This document shows positions 29,902 through 39,042 of a DNA stretch of 64,000 bases, piece by piece. The notes beneath the pieces were generated by a model, which was not told the DNA's origin, searched no databases, and was given only the letters and a program-made list of their open reading frames with translations. The DNA is taken from assembly GCA_016933175.1 (NCBI GenBank), contig JAFGBK010000011.1:1254-65253 (forward strand), read 5' to 3'. The stretch comes from Candidatus Krumholzibacteriota bacterium (GTDB taxonomy: Bacteria > Krumholzibacteriota > Krumholzibacteriia > JACNKJ01). Position 1 is the first letter of the stretch. Every line of letters begins with the position of its first letter. Position numbers and translations under genes: made by a program.

Positions 29902-30489
29902 ATGATCGACCCGGAAATCCACCTCGACGGCGAGGGCCGTCTGGACTGGCGGGACGTCTTCGGCAACGCCCGTCCGGTGGAGCTGGAGCTGGGCTTCGGC
30001 AAGGCCCGCTTCCTGCTCGCGGCGGCCCGGTCGCGCCCCGGCGTGAACTTCCTGGGCGTCGAGATGAGCCGGAAGTGGTATCGCGAGGGAAGGCGGCGCA
30101 TCCTGAGGGATCCGCCGGCCAACCTGCGGGTCCTGTGGGCCGAGGCCCTGGACTTCCTCGCCCGCAAGGTGCCGGACGCGAGCCTGCAGGCGTTGCATGT
30201 GTACCACCCCGATCCCTGGCCCAAGCGCCGCCACCACAAGCGACGCCTGCTCACCCCGGCGTTCCTGGCCCAGGCGCGGCGCGTCCTGGCCGCCGGCGGG
30301 GAGCTGCGCGTCACCACCGACCACGCGGCGTACGGCGCGCTGATCGGCGCGCTGCTCGCCGGGGCCGACGGCTTCGAGACGCTGCCCTGGGGAGAGACGG
30401 GCGAGGCCCTCACGCACTTCGAGGCCAAGTACCGCCGCGAGGGACGCGCCATCCACCGCTACCGCACGCGCCGCCGGGAGGCGCCATGA
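29902..30489 (+). CDS. trmB: tRNA (guanine46-N7)-methyltransferase
   Basis: LELGFGKARFLL; HVYHPDPWPKRRHHKRRL signature. Confidence 0.85.
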   Translation: MIDPEIHLDGEGRLDWRDVFGNARPVELELGFGKARFLLAAARSRPGVNFLGVEMSRKWYREGRRRILRDPPANLRVLWAEALDFLARKVPDASLQALHVYHPDPWPKRRHHKRRLLTPAFLAQARRVLAAGGELRVTTDHAAYGALIGALLAGADGFETLPWGETGEALTHFEAKYRREGRAIHRYRTRRREAP

Positions 30490-31538
30490 ACTGGGATCCC
30501 GTCCGTGACATCCGCACGCGCTCCGGAGCGACGGCCTGCGGCCTGGCCTATCCCGGCGGCGTCGACTGCTTCGCCGTGGAGGAGATTCCGCTCTACGAGC
30601 CCTGCGGCGAGGGCGACCACCTCTACCTGACCGTCGAGAAGCGCGGCATCGACACGCCCGAGCTGCTGCGCCGCCTCGCCGCGGCCGCAGGCGTCGACCG
30701 CCGCGAGATCGGCTGGGCCGGCCTCAAGGACCGCCACGCCGTCGCGCGCCAGCGCGTCTCGCTGCCGCGCGGCGCCGCCGAGTCCCGCTTGGAGGCGCTC
30801 GGCGACGAGGACTACGCCGTCCTGGACGCCCGGCCGCACCGCAACAAGCTGCGCGTGGGCCACCTTGCCGGCAACCGTTTCCGGCTGCTCTTGCGGGGCC
30901 GCTGCGATCCGGAGGCACTGGCCGAGCGGCTGCGCGAGATCAGGGAGCGGGGCCTGCCCAACTACTTCGGCTTCCAGCGCTTCGGAGCGCAGCGGGACAG
31001 CCACCAGCGGGGCCTGCACCTGCTGCGACGCGGCGGGCGGCTGCGGGGCCGTCACGCCCGCTTCCTATTGAGTGCCTACCAGGCGGCCCTGTTCAACCGC
31101 GTCCTGGACGGGCGCCTGGACGGCCTGGGCAGCCTGCTGCCGGGCGACCTGGCCTGGATCCACGACAAGGGGGCCATCTTCCGCGTGGAGGACCCGGCCC
31201 GCGAGCAGGCGCGGGTCGACGCCATGGCCATCAGCCCCAGCGGTCCCTTGCCGGGCCGTCGCGAGACGCGCCCGGCCGGGCCGGCCCTGGACATCGAGGA
31301 CCGGCTGCTGCACGCCGCCGGCTGGGAGGAGCCCTTCCGGACCCGCCTGACCGGCGGGCGGCGTCCCCTGCGCGTGCCCGTGGGGGAGCTGGAGAGCGAG
31401 GCCGGGCCGGAAGGCCTCCGGCTCGCGTTCGTGCTGCCGCCGGGCAGCTACGCCTCCGTGCTCCTGGCCGAGATGGGCGTGCCGCCCGGCGGCCCGGCCG
31501 GCGGCGGCGAGGAGGACGATGCCCCACCTGAAGCTTGA
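30486..31538 (+). CDS. truD: tRNA pseudouridine(13) synthase
   Basis: ATG overlaps trmB stop; GLKDRHA and NYFGFQRFG motifs. Confidence 0.85.
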   Translation: MNWDPVRDIRTRSGATACGLAYPGGVDCFAVEEIPLYEPCGEGDHLYLTVEKRGIDTPELLRRLAAAAGVDRREIGWAGLKDRHAVARQRVSLPRGAAESRLEALGDEDYAVLDARPHRNKLRVGHLAGNRFRLLLRGRCDPEALAERLREIRERGLPNYFGFQRFGAQRDSHQRGLHLLRRGGRLRGRHARFLLSAYQAALFNRVLDGRLDGLGSLLPGDLAWIHDKGAIFRVEDPAREQARVDAMAISPSGPLPGRRETRPAGPALDIEDRLLHAAGWEEPFRTRLTGGRRPLRVPVGELESEAGPEGLRLAFVLPPGSYASVLLAEMGVPPGGPAGGGEEDDAPPEA

Positions 31539-31926
31539 GGGCCTGCCCGGCGCCGACGCCGTCCTGGCGAGCCTGGCGCCCTTCACGGTCAAGGACGAGA
31601 CGGGCGTGCAGAAGGTGCTGGCCTTCTACCGGGAGCGGGAGGGGCGGCAGATCCTCGTGGAGGCCCTGGTGGCCGACGGCCCGCGCCCGCGCCATTTCTT
31701 CGTCACGCTGGCGGCGCGCGACGCGGGCTGGCTGCTGCGCTGCCTGCCCCTGACCGATCCCGAGAAGACCCCGGCCGTCAAGCGCCTCCTGGTGCGCCTG
31801 GCCCTGCAGATCCGGGACGCCTTCCCCGGTGCCACCGTGACCACCACCAACCTGATCGAGGAACTGGCCGCGCTGGTCGGCGACCGGCCCGGCCCGCCCG
31901 GCGAGGATCGCGGCGCCGGCGGCTAG
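31519..31926 (+). CDS. Small hypothetical protein (135 aa) overlapping truD 3' end
   Basis: ATG immediately preceded by GAGGAGG SD inside truD; balanced non-artefactual composition; no recognisable domain. Confidence 0.5.
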   Translation: MPHLKLEGLPGADAVLASLAPFTVKDETGVQKVLAFYREREGRQILVEALVADGPRPRHFFVTLAARDAGWLLRCLPLTDPEKTPAVKRLLVRLALQIRDAFPGATVTTTNLIEELAALVGDRPGPPGEDRGAGG

Positions 31927-32783
31927 CCCGCGCCGCCCGGGGTCGGATCGGGGCCGCGGCGGCGGGCGAGGTAGCGGTCCGCGTCAACACCGAAGGGCAG
32001 GTAGATCCGCAGCGGCAGGCCGCGGCGCCGCAGGCTCTCGCGCAGGCGGCGCGGCGCGCCATGAAGCAGCAGCAGCTCCCAGCGGCCGGGCGGGATCCCG
32101 GCCACGCGGCCCAGGACACGCTCGATGAGGGCCGGGTCGTGGGTGGCGGCGCCCACGCGGCCGCCGGCCGCCAGGCCGGCCGCCAGGAGGTCCAGGAAGG
32201 CCGCGTCCCGCGCCCGCGGGTCGCGGACGGACTCGCCCGGCGGCGCGGCGTAGGCCCCGCGCACCACGCGCAGGTCCGGCGCCAGGGGCGCCAGGGCGCG
32301 CAGGTCGCCGGCGCTGCGGCAGAGATCGGCCTGGAGGACGAGGCCCGGCCGATGGCCCGCCGCGCGGGCCCGGTGGTAGAGGTCCAGGCCGGGCCCGACG
32401 AGGTCCCAGGCTTCCATGTCCAGCCACAGGTCGGCGCCCACCGCCGCGGCCCGCGCCAGGAGGTCGGCGAGCAGGCCGGCGCAGAGATCCGCATCCCGAC
32501 GCAGGCCGATCAGGCTGGGCTTGAGGGAGACGTCGCGGTCCACGCCGGCGCGCGGCAGGCGGTCGAGCAGGTCCCGGTACGCGGCCGCGGCCGCCTCGGC
32601 CTCGCTGGGTCCGGCGGCGTCCTCGCCCAGGACGGCGAGGGTGCAGCCGATGCCCCGCGCCGCCAGGCGGCGGGCCCGCCGCAGGGCCTGCGGGGCCGTG
32701 CTTCCGGCCAGGTGCCGGCGCGCGGCGGCGCGCGCCCTGATGGCCGCCGGGGCGGCACGCACCCGTTCCCACAACGCTTTCAT
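31923..32783 (-). CDS. Proline dehydrogenase (monofunctional PRODH)
   Basis: Likely start MKALWERV with GGAGGTG RBS; PRODH motifs LGEDA, LKPSLIGL, HDPALIERVL, PFGVDADRYLARR. Confidence 0.75.
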   Translation of the reverse strand: MKALWERVRAAPAAIRARAAARRHLAGSTAPQALRRARRLAARGIGCTLAVLGEDAAGPSEAEAAAAAYRDLLDRLPRAGVDRDVSLKPSLIGLRRDADLCAGLLADLLARAAAVGADLWLDMEAWDLVGPGLDLYHRARAAGHRPGLVLQADLCRSAGDLRALAPLAPDLRVVRGAYAAPPGESVRDPRARDAAFLDLLAAGLAAGGRVGAATHDPALIERVLGRVAGIPPGRWELLLLHGAPRRLRESLRRRGLPLRIYLPFGVDADRYLARRRGPDPTPGGAG

Positions 32784-32937
32784 GGCACCTCCGCCGCCGG
32801 CGGGCGGTGTCTCCAGACTAGGCGCCGCGTCTTGACGGGTCAACGCCGGGGCACTTTTCTATTGATGCGGCGCGGTCATTGCAGTATTGCAGAACAACGG
32901 ATCCGTGCGCCCCACGCTTCTCAAGGGATGGGAATCA

Positions 32938-33647
32938 TGGCGAACGAGCGAATTCTCATTGTCGACGACGATCCACAGACCCTCAGGATGCTGAGCGTCA
33001 GCGTCGAAAAGGCGGGCTACGAGGTCATGCCGGCGGAGACCGGCGAGGAGGCCCTGCGGCTGGCCAAGGAGGAGGGCCCCGATCTGGTCGTCCTGGACCT
33101 CGTTCTTCCCGACAGCAGCGGCCTGGAGGTGTGCCGGGAGCTCCGCGAGGCGCCCGAGACACAGGGGATCCCGCTCATCATGGTGACCGCCCTGGGCGAG
33201 CAGAGCGACAAGATCTACGGGCTCGAGGTGGGGGCTGACGACTACATGGTCAAGCCCATCGACGTTCCCGAGCTGCTGGCCCGCATCCGCGCGCTCTTCC
33301 GCCGCCAGCAGCTGGCCATGGAGGCCGGCGAGGGCAACGGCCGCGGCGGCACCCTCGAGCTAGGAGGCTTCAGCATCCAGCCCGAGCGGCTCTCCGTCAT
33401 GCGGGAGGACAAGTCGGTCACGCTCACCGCGCTGGAGTTCAAGCTCCTCTACCAGCTCGCCAGCAAGCCGGAGGAGACCTTCAGCCGGACCGAGCTGCAG
33501 CAGCTGGTCTGGGGCGACGACCAGCGCAACACCGAGCGCGCCGTGGACGTCCTCGTCAACCGCCTGCGCAGCAAGCTGGAGAAGCTGCCGGGCGGGGACG
33601 CCATCGTCAAGACGGTGCGCGGGGTCGGCTACCGCTTCCACTCCTGA
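32938..33647 (+). CDS. OmpR/PhoB-family response regulator (receiver + winged helix), orphan
   Basis: ILIVDDD, phospho-acceptor LVVLDLVLPD, winged-helix C-terminus (VRGVGYRF). No histidine kinase adjacent. Confidence 0.85.
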
Positions 33648-33901
33648 CCGGCCCGGGAGCCCGACCGGCGCGAAGCGCCGGAATTCGGGGTTGCCCCGGC
33701 GCCGCCGATGCCCCATCTTCAAACGGTGAACGGCCTTCCGCGGTCCGCCGCCGGCGGGCGGCGCCCTTGACAGTCCTCCGGGCGAAGTGCTAGTGCTTAC
33801 CGGCTCCGGGCTGCGGAATGCCGCAAGCATCCGATACACCGAGACTTTCGTTGCCGATCCCGATTCCCACTGCCGGAGTCGCCTTGCCGAGGGGGAAGTC
33901 C

Positions 33902-35878
33902 ATGATGCCAGGTCAGCCAGCCCGGGTCTCCCTGCTCCTGCTGGCCCTCGCCATCGGTTTCGCGGCCGGCTGCAGCGACGAGACGACCACCGCGCCGCCG
34001 CCGGTCTATAATCCCATCATCGAGTCCCTGGAGCTGACGCTCAACGTGGATGCGGGCTCGCCGCTGGCCCTGCCGGTGGACGGCGACCGGATGGCCGTCC
34101 TCTACACGGCCGCCTTCGAGAGCAGCGGCGACATCCACCGCATCGTGCTGCACAGCACGGGCGGAACGCTCTTCGATTCCGTCGCGATCGTGGAGTACTA
34201 CCCGAATCCCAACGACACCTCCCTCCATTACCCGATCCCGGACCAGGTGCGGTTCACGGAGATCGGCGCCTACGAGATCCACCAGACCGGCAGCCAGGGA
34301 CAGGACACGATCATCACCAACTATCCCGGCAACGTCTACTTCAGCGGACCGCGCCAGCTCTTCTACGACGAGCACACGGACCGCGTCTTCTACTCCATGG
34401 GCTACGGCCAGGTCTCGCAGATCGCCTCCACCCAGAGCCCCGTCGACGCCGGCGGCGGCCACTCGGGCGAGATCGTCAACACCTTCGATGCCCCGCTGCA
34501 GGCGACAGCCATCAACGGCTCGCGGCCCCCGATCTGGGACTACTGGTACACGAAGGTCCCCCGCGGCTTCGGCTTCGCCTTCACGGGCGGCTACTACGCG
34601 ACCGTGTCGCCGCCGGTCGGCGGCCACCAGTTCCTGGCCTACGCCGACACCCTCCTCGAGTCCTACGACCGCGACGGCTTCGACGACGGCGGCACCTCGC
34701 AGGCCGGCGAGGATCCCGCGGGCGCCATCGAGGTCCTGTCCGGCCTGCCCGACGACGGCCTGCCCGGCATCGGCGGGGAGGACGACGACGGCGACGGCGC
34801 CGCCGACCTGCTGGACGCCGAGGTGGCCGCCATGCTCGTGGTCACCGAGCCCGCGCCGGCCGTCTGGAGCCTCGCCTGGAGCATTCAGCGCTACGTGCCC
34901 GCCTGGGACGACGACGAGGACGGCCTCATGGACGAGGACTGGTCCGACGCCATCGACAACGACGGCGACGGCCTGTTCGACGAGGATCCCATCGAGCAGC
35001 AGATCGACAACGACGGCGACGGCATCTTCGGCGAGGATCCCGTGGACGGCATCGACAACGACGGCGACAGCCTTGTCGACGAGGATCCCGAAGAGGTGCA
35101 GGTCGACAACGACGGCGACGACCAGCTCAACGAAGACGGCCCCGATCCCGCCATCGATCAGGACGGCGACGGCCTCTACGACGAGGATCCGCCCGGCGAC
35201 GCCAACGGCGACGGAGCGCCGGGCGTGCTCGGCGAGGACGACGGCTATCCTGACGATCTCATCGACGAGGCGGACCCGCAGATCCGCCACAGTCTGCTGC
35301 GCGCCGAGGCCATCGACTTCGGCGACGAACTGGAGAACTACGATCCCGCTCTGGACGACGACGAGGACGGCCTCGTGGACGAGGACGGCGATATCTACCG
35401 GAACGGGATCTGGGTTGTAGAACTGGGTGCGGATGGGCTGCCCGACGATACGGCGACGCCCATCTCCCTAACGAACGACGGGGGACGCCAGCCCTTCTTC
35501 AACCCGGATGGAAGCGACCTGCTCTACGTGAGGGACGGGGACATCTATCGCATCAGCCTCGACCTCACGGCGGACCCGGTGACGATCACCAATACGGAGA
35601 ACCTGACCTCGACCCCCGCCATCCTGGAGGGCTACCCTGCCTACTCGGACGACGGGGCCTACATCGTCTACTCGTCGAGCGAGGCGGGCAGCGCCGACAT
35701 CTGGAGCATGGATGCCGCCGGCGCCGCGCGCGCTCAGATCACGAACGATCCCGGCCAGGAGCTCTTCCCGCGCTTCACGCCGGACGGGAACCAGATCCTC
35801 TACGAGGCCTGGCTCTATCCGGACGGGGCGCGCCGCGCGATGATCACGGTAGGCGATCTGATCGCCCTGCTGCCCTGA
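33902..35878 (+). CDS. Lipoprotein with thrombospondin-type-3-like Ca-binding repeats and C-terminal TolB-like (PD40) beta-propeller
   Basis: MMPGQPARVSLLLLALAIGFAAGC lipobox; at least 5 tandem IDNDGDGLFDEDP-type repeats; PD40-like blades (FFNPDGSDLLYVRDGDIYRI, PAYSDDGAYIVYSS, PRFTPDGNQILYEA). Confidence 0.75.
   Translation: MMPGQPARVSLLLLALAIGFAAGCSDETTTAPPPVYNPIIESLELTLNVDAGSPLALPVDGDRMAVLYTAAFESSGDIHRIVLHSTGGTLFDSVAIVEYYPNPNDTSLHYPIPDQVRFTEIGAYEIHQTGSQGQDTIITNYPGNVYFSGPRQLFYDEHTDRVFYSMGYGQVSQIASTQSPVDAGGGHSGEIVNTFDAPLQATAINGSRPPIWDYWYTKVPRGFGFAFTGGYYATVSPPVGGHQFLAYADTLLESYDRDGFDDGGTSQAGEDPAGAIEVLSGLPDDGLPGIGGEDDDGDGAADLLDAEVAAMLVVTEPAPAVWSLAWSIQRYVPAWDDDEDGLMDEDWSDAIDNDGDGLFDEDPIEQQIDNDGDGIFGEDPVDGIDNDGDSLVDEDPEEVQVDNDGDDQLNEDGPDPAIDQDGDGLYDEDPPGDANGDGAPGVLGEDDGYPDDLIDEADPQIRHSLLRAEAIDFGDELENYDPALDDDEDGLVDEDGDIYRNGIWVVELGADGLPDDTATPISLTNDGGRQPFFNPDGSDLLYVRDGDIYRISLDLTADPVTITNTENLTSTPAILEGYPAYSDDGAYIVYSSSEAGSADIWSMDAAGAARAQITNDPGQELFPRFTPDGNQILYEAWLYPDGARRAMITVGDLIALLP
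34953..35225 (+). repeat. Tandem 51-57 nt coding repeats (ATCGACAACGACGGCGACGG...GAGGATCC) encoding DxDxDG Ca-binding motifs
   Basis: Direct reading; 5 consecutive units within the lipoprotein CDS. Confidence 0.8.
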
Positions 35879-36000
35879 CGTCACCGGCGGGCGCCCGGCG
35901 CCCGGCCGCGCACGGCCACCTTCCAACCGGCACGCCGCCGCGGACCAGCGGCGGCGTCTGGCGTTCCCCCCGGCGCCGCCCGGCGCCAGCGAGGGGTGTC

Positions 36001-37554
36001 ATGCAACGCGAGATCTTCGTGAATGTCGGGCCCACCGAGGTCGGCGTGGCCATCGTGGAGAACCACGAGCTCGTCGAGTACATGGTGGAGCGCGGCGAGA
36101 CCAAGCACATCGTCGGCGACGTCTACAAGGGCGTCGTCAAGGCCGTGCTGCCCGGTATCCAGGCCGCCTTCGTGGACATCGGCATGGAGAAGGCCGGCTT
36201 CCTGCACGTGACGGACCTGGCCTGGGGCGAGGAGGGCCTGCGCGACCGCCTCCAGGAGCTGGAGAGCGAGGACGGCGACGGCCGCCCGGTGCGGGGGCGC
36301 CGCGAGGTCTCCAAGCTGCCGCCCATCGAGAGCGTCATCAAGAAGGGCGACAAGGTGGTGGTGCAGGTCACCAAGGAGCCCATCGGGACCAAGGGGCCCC
36401 GCCTGACCACGCAGCTCTCCCTGCCGGGCAAGTTCTGCGTGCTCATGCCGGAGCTGGACTACATCGGCGTCAGCCGCAAGATCCTCGATCGCGGCGAACG
36501 CAGCCGCCTGCGGCGCGTGGCCCAGCGGGCGCGCCCCAAGGGCTGCGCCGTCATCGTCCGCACGGCCGGCGAGGGGGTCGAGGACGACCACATCGCCGAG
36601 GACATCCAGCGCCTGCACCAGCGGCACACGGCCATCATGGAGAGCAGCAGCGCCGTCAAGGCGCCGGCGCTGCTCAAGGAGGAGGTGGGCCTCGTCATCG
36701 GCATGGTGCGCGACCTCTTCAACGAGGAGGTCAAGCGCCTGCTCATCGACGACGAGCGGGAGCACGCCAACCTCGTCGAGTACGTGCACTCTTTCGCGCC
36801 GGAGCTGGAGAACCGCGTGCTCTACTACCGCGAGGAGCTGCCCATTTTCGACGCCTTCGGCGTGCAGGCGGAGCTGGAGAAGAGCCTGCAGCGGCAGGTC
36901 TGGCTCAAGAAGGGCGGCTACCTCGTCTTCGATCACACCGAGGCCCTGGTGGCCATCGACGTCAACACGGGCAAGTACACGGGCCGCAAGAACCAGGCGG
37001 ACACCATCCTCCAGACGAATCTGGCCGGCGCCCGGGAGATCCCCCGGCAGCTGCGCCTGCGTGACATCGGCGGCATCATCGTCATCGACTTCATCGACAT
37101 GGAGCGGGAGGAGGACCGCAAGAAGATCCTGGTGGAGCTGCGCCGGTACCTGCGCCAGGACCGGGCGCGCACCAAGGTCTTCGACGTCTCGCCGCTGGGC
37201 CTCGTGGAGATGAGCCGCAAGCGGGTGCGCCCGGCCCTGCTCCACTTCTTCAGCGAGGACTGCCCCTACTGCTCGGGGCGGGGGCACATCCTCTCGGTGG
37301 AGAGCCTGGTCAACAAGCTGGAGGCGACCCTGCGGCGCATCGCCACCCGCTGCCGGGAGCGCAAGTACCAGATCCGCCTCAATCCGGTGGTGGCCCACGC
37401 CGTGCGCCGGAAGCGCCTGGAGATCCTCCGGGACCTGGAGCGCGAGCACAAGGTGGAGCTGCACCTGCTGGACGATCCCCGGCTCCACCGCGAGCAGCAG
37501 GAGATCACGGCCCTGGAGACGGGCCGGGACCTCCTGGCCGCCGTCAGTCGCTGA
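36001..37554 (+). CDS. rng: Ribonuclease G (RNase E/G family)
   Basis: S1 domain N-terminus; catalytic RNase E/G core (GGIIVIDFIDM, zinc-link CPYCSGRG). Confidence 0.85.
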   Translation: MQREIFVNVGPTEVGVAIVENHELVEYMVERGETKHIVGDVYKGVVKAVLPGIQAAFVDIGMEKAGFLHVTDLAWGEEGLRDRLQELESEDGDGRPVRGRREVSKLPPIESVIKKGDKVVVQVTKEPIGTKGPRLTTQLSLPGKFCVLMPELDYIGVSRKILDRGERSRLRRVAQRARPKGCAVIVRTAGEGVEDDHIAEDIQRLHQRHTAIMESSSAVKAPALLKEEVGLVIGMVRDLFNEEVKRLLIDDEREHANLVEYVHSFAPELENRVLYYREELPIFDAFGVQAELEKSLQRQVWLKKGGYLVFDHTEALVAIDVNTGKYTGRKNQADTILQTNLAGAREIPRQLRLRDIGGIIVIDFIDMEREEDRKKILVELRRYLRQDRARTKVFDVSPLGLVEMSRKRVRPALLHFFSEDCPYCSGRGHILSVESLVNKLEATLRRIATRCRERKYQIRLNPVVAHAVRRKRLEILRDLEREHKVELHLLDDPRLHREQQEITALETGRDLLAAVSR

Positions 37555-37561
37555 GGGGGGC

Positions 37562-37590
37562 TTGACAGGGCCGGCCAACTGTAGTATTTA
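37562..37590 (+). promoter_or_regulatory. Candidate sigma70-type promoter (TTGACA-N17-TATTTA) for rplU-rpmA
   Basis: Consensus -35 and near-consensus -10 with 17-nt spacer, about 40 nt upstream of rplU GTG start. Confidence 0.45.
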
Positions 37591-37628
37591 AACGGCTTTG
37601 AACTCCGCATCCTGAGGAGGACGGAAAG

Positions 37629-37937
37629 GTGTACGCCCTGGTGAAAGTGGCCGGCATGCAATTCCGGGTGCGCCCGGACGAGGTGGTCCGTGTGCCCCAA
37701 CTCGCCGAGTCGGTTGGGAATACCATTGAGATCAAAGACGTTATGGCCATCGGCGAGGGCGACAGCATACGCATCGGCCAGCCCTTTCTGGAGGGGGCCA
37801 GCGTGACCGCCGAAGTCCTCGCCCACGGCCGGGCCCGCAAGATCCTGGTCTTCAAGAAGAAGCGCCGCAAGACGTACCAGCGCACGCGAGGCCATCGCCA
37901 GAACTACACCGAGATCCGGATCCGGTCCATCGCCTAG
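37629..37937 (+). CDS. rplU: 50S ribosomal protein L21
   Basis: GTG start after GAGGAGG; MYALVKVAGMQFRV... Confidence 0.9.
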   Translation: MYALVKVAGMQFRVRPDEVVRVPQLAESVGNTIEIKDVMAIGEGDSIRIGQPFLEGASVTAEVLAHGRARKILVFKKKRRKTYQRTRGHRQNYTEIRIRSIA

Positions 37938-37952
37938 GCAGAGGAGGCAGCC

Positions 37953-38207
37953 ATGGCCCACAAGAAAGGCGTCGGCAGCTCGCGCAACGGTCGCGACAGC
38001 AACCCCAAGTACCTGGGCGTCAAGCGGTTCGCCGGCCAGCCGGTACGAGCCGGCGCCATCCTCGTGCGCCAGCGCGGCACCCACATCCTGCCCGGCGCCA
38101 ACGTCGGCCGCGGCGGGGACGACACGCTATTCGCCCTGGTGGACGGCGTCGTCCAGTACGCGCGGCGCGGCAAGGACCGCCGCGAGGTGAGCATCCTGCC
38201 CGCCTGA
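37953..38207 (+). CDS. rpmA: 50S ribosomal protein L27
   Basis: [26 protein letters not shown]. Confidence 0.9.
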   Translation: MAHKKGVGSSRNGRDSNPKYLGVKRFAGQPVRAGAILVRQRGTHILPGANVGRGGDDTLFALVDGVVQYARRGKDRREVSILPA

Positions 38208-38225
38208 GCGCAGCGCGGCGTCCCG

Positions 38226-38256
38226 GCACGAAGCGGCGGGCCCGGCGGCCCGCCGT
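38226..38256 (+). terminator. Intrinsic terminator after rplU-rpmA: 9-bp GC stem (CGGCGGGCC/GGCCCGCCG), 4-nt loop, TTTT
   Basis: Perfect inverted repeat read directly, followed by T4. Confidence 0.6.
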
Positions 38257-38272
38257 TTTGCATGGAGGCCCC

Positions 38273-38986
38273 ATGGCGACCCTGGTGGTAATTCCCGCCC
38301 GCATGGCCTCGAGCCGCTTCCCCGGCAAGCCCCTGGCCGACCTGGCGGGCAAGACCCTCATCCAGCGCGTCTGCGAGCGCGCCGCCCGTCTTGCCGGCGT
38401 GGCGGGGCCGCGCGTCGCCACCGACGACGCCGCCATCCGCGACCATGTCCGCGCCCTGGGCTTCGAGGCCGTCATGACGTCGCCGGACCATCCCTCGGGC
38501 ACCGACCGCGTGGCGGAGGCCGCCGGCGACTGGCCCGGGCTGATCCTCAACCTCCAGGGGGACGAGCCCCTGTTCGAGCTGGCCGCCGTGGAGCGCCTCA
38601 TCGCGCGCCTGGCGTCCGATCCCGTCCTGTCCCTGGGCACGGCCGCCTCGCCCCTGGCGCCCGGCGACCTGGACGCGCCCGACCGCGTCAAGGTGCTGCG
38701 CGGTCGCGACGGCCTGGCCCGCGACTTCCGCCGGCGCCTGGCCGGTCCGCCGCCCGCGGACGCGGAGGTTCTGCGCCACGCCGGCGTCTACCTGTTCCGG
38801 GCCGAGGCCCTGCGCCGCTTCGTGGCCGCGCCGCCGGCGCCGCGTGAGCGCGCGGAACGCCTCGAGCAGCTGCGCGCCCTGCACCTGGGCCTGCCCATCT
38901 GGGTGGAGCGCGCCGATGACTGGGCGCCCGGCGTCGACCGGCCCGGCGACCTGAAAGTCGTTGCCAAGCGGCTGGGCGAGAGCTAG
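38273..38986 (+). CDS. kdsB: 3-deoxy-manno-octulosonate cytidylyltransferase (CMP-KDO synthetase)
   Basis: Second ATG (after terminator, GGAGG RBS): MATLVVIPARMASSRFPGKPL; GTDR motif. Confidence 0.85.
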   Translation: MATLVVIPARMASSRFPGKPLADLAGKTLIQRVCERAARLAGVAGPRVATDDAAIRDHVRALGFEAVMTSPDHPSGTDRVAEAAGDWPGLILNLQGDEPLFELAAVERLIARLASDPVLSLGTAASPLAPGDLDAPDRVKVLRGRDGLARDFRRRLAGPPPADAEVLRHAGVYLFRAEALRRFVAAPPAPRERAERLEQLRALHLGLPIWVERADDWAPGVDRPGDLKVVAKRLGES

Positions 38987-39042
38987 CATGAGGCCCCGGG
39001 CGCAAGCGCCCGGGTTTTTCATTTCCGGCCGAGAGGGGCAGC

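Noticed and set aside
30075-35420. 30075..31538 N-terminal 137 codons, 31778..32494 -, 31984..32772 -, 32061..33647 N-terminal extension, 33797..35290 - (497 aa), 34050..35420 + (456 aa)
   Set aside because: Out-of-frame reads across trmB/truD, prodh, the response regulator and the TSP3 lipoprotein; the true genes were placed by RBS and motif evidence.
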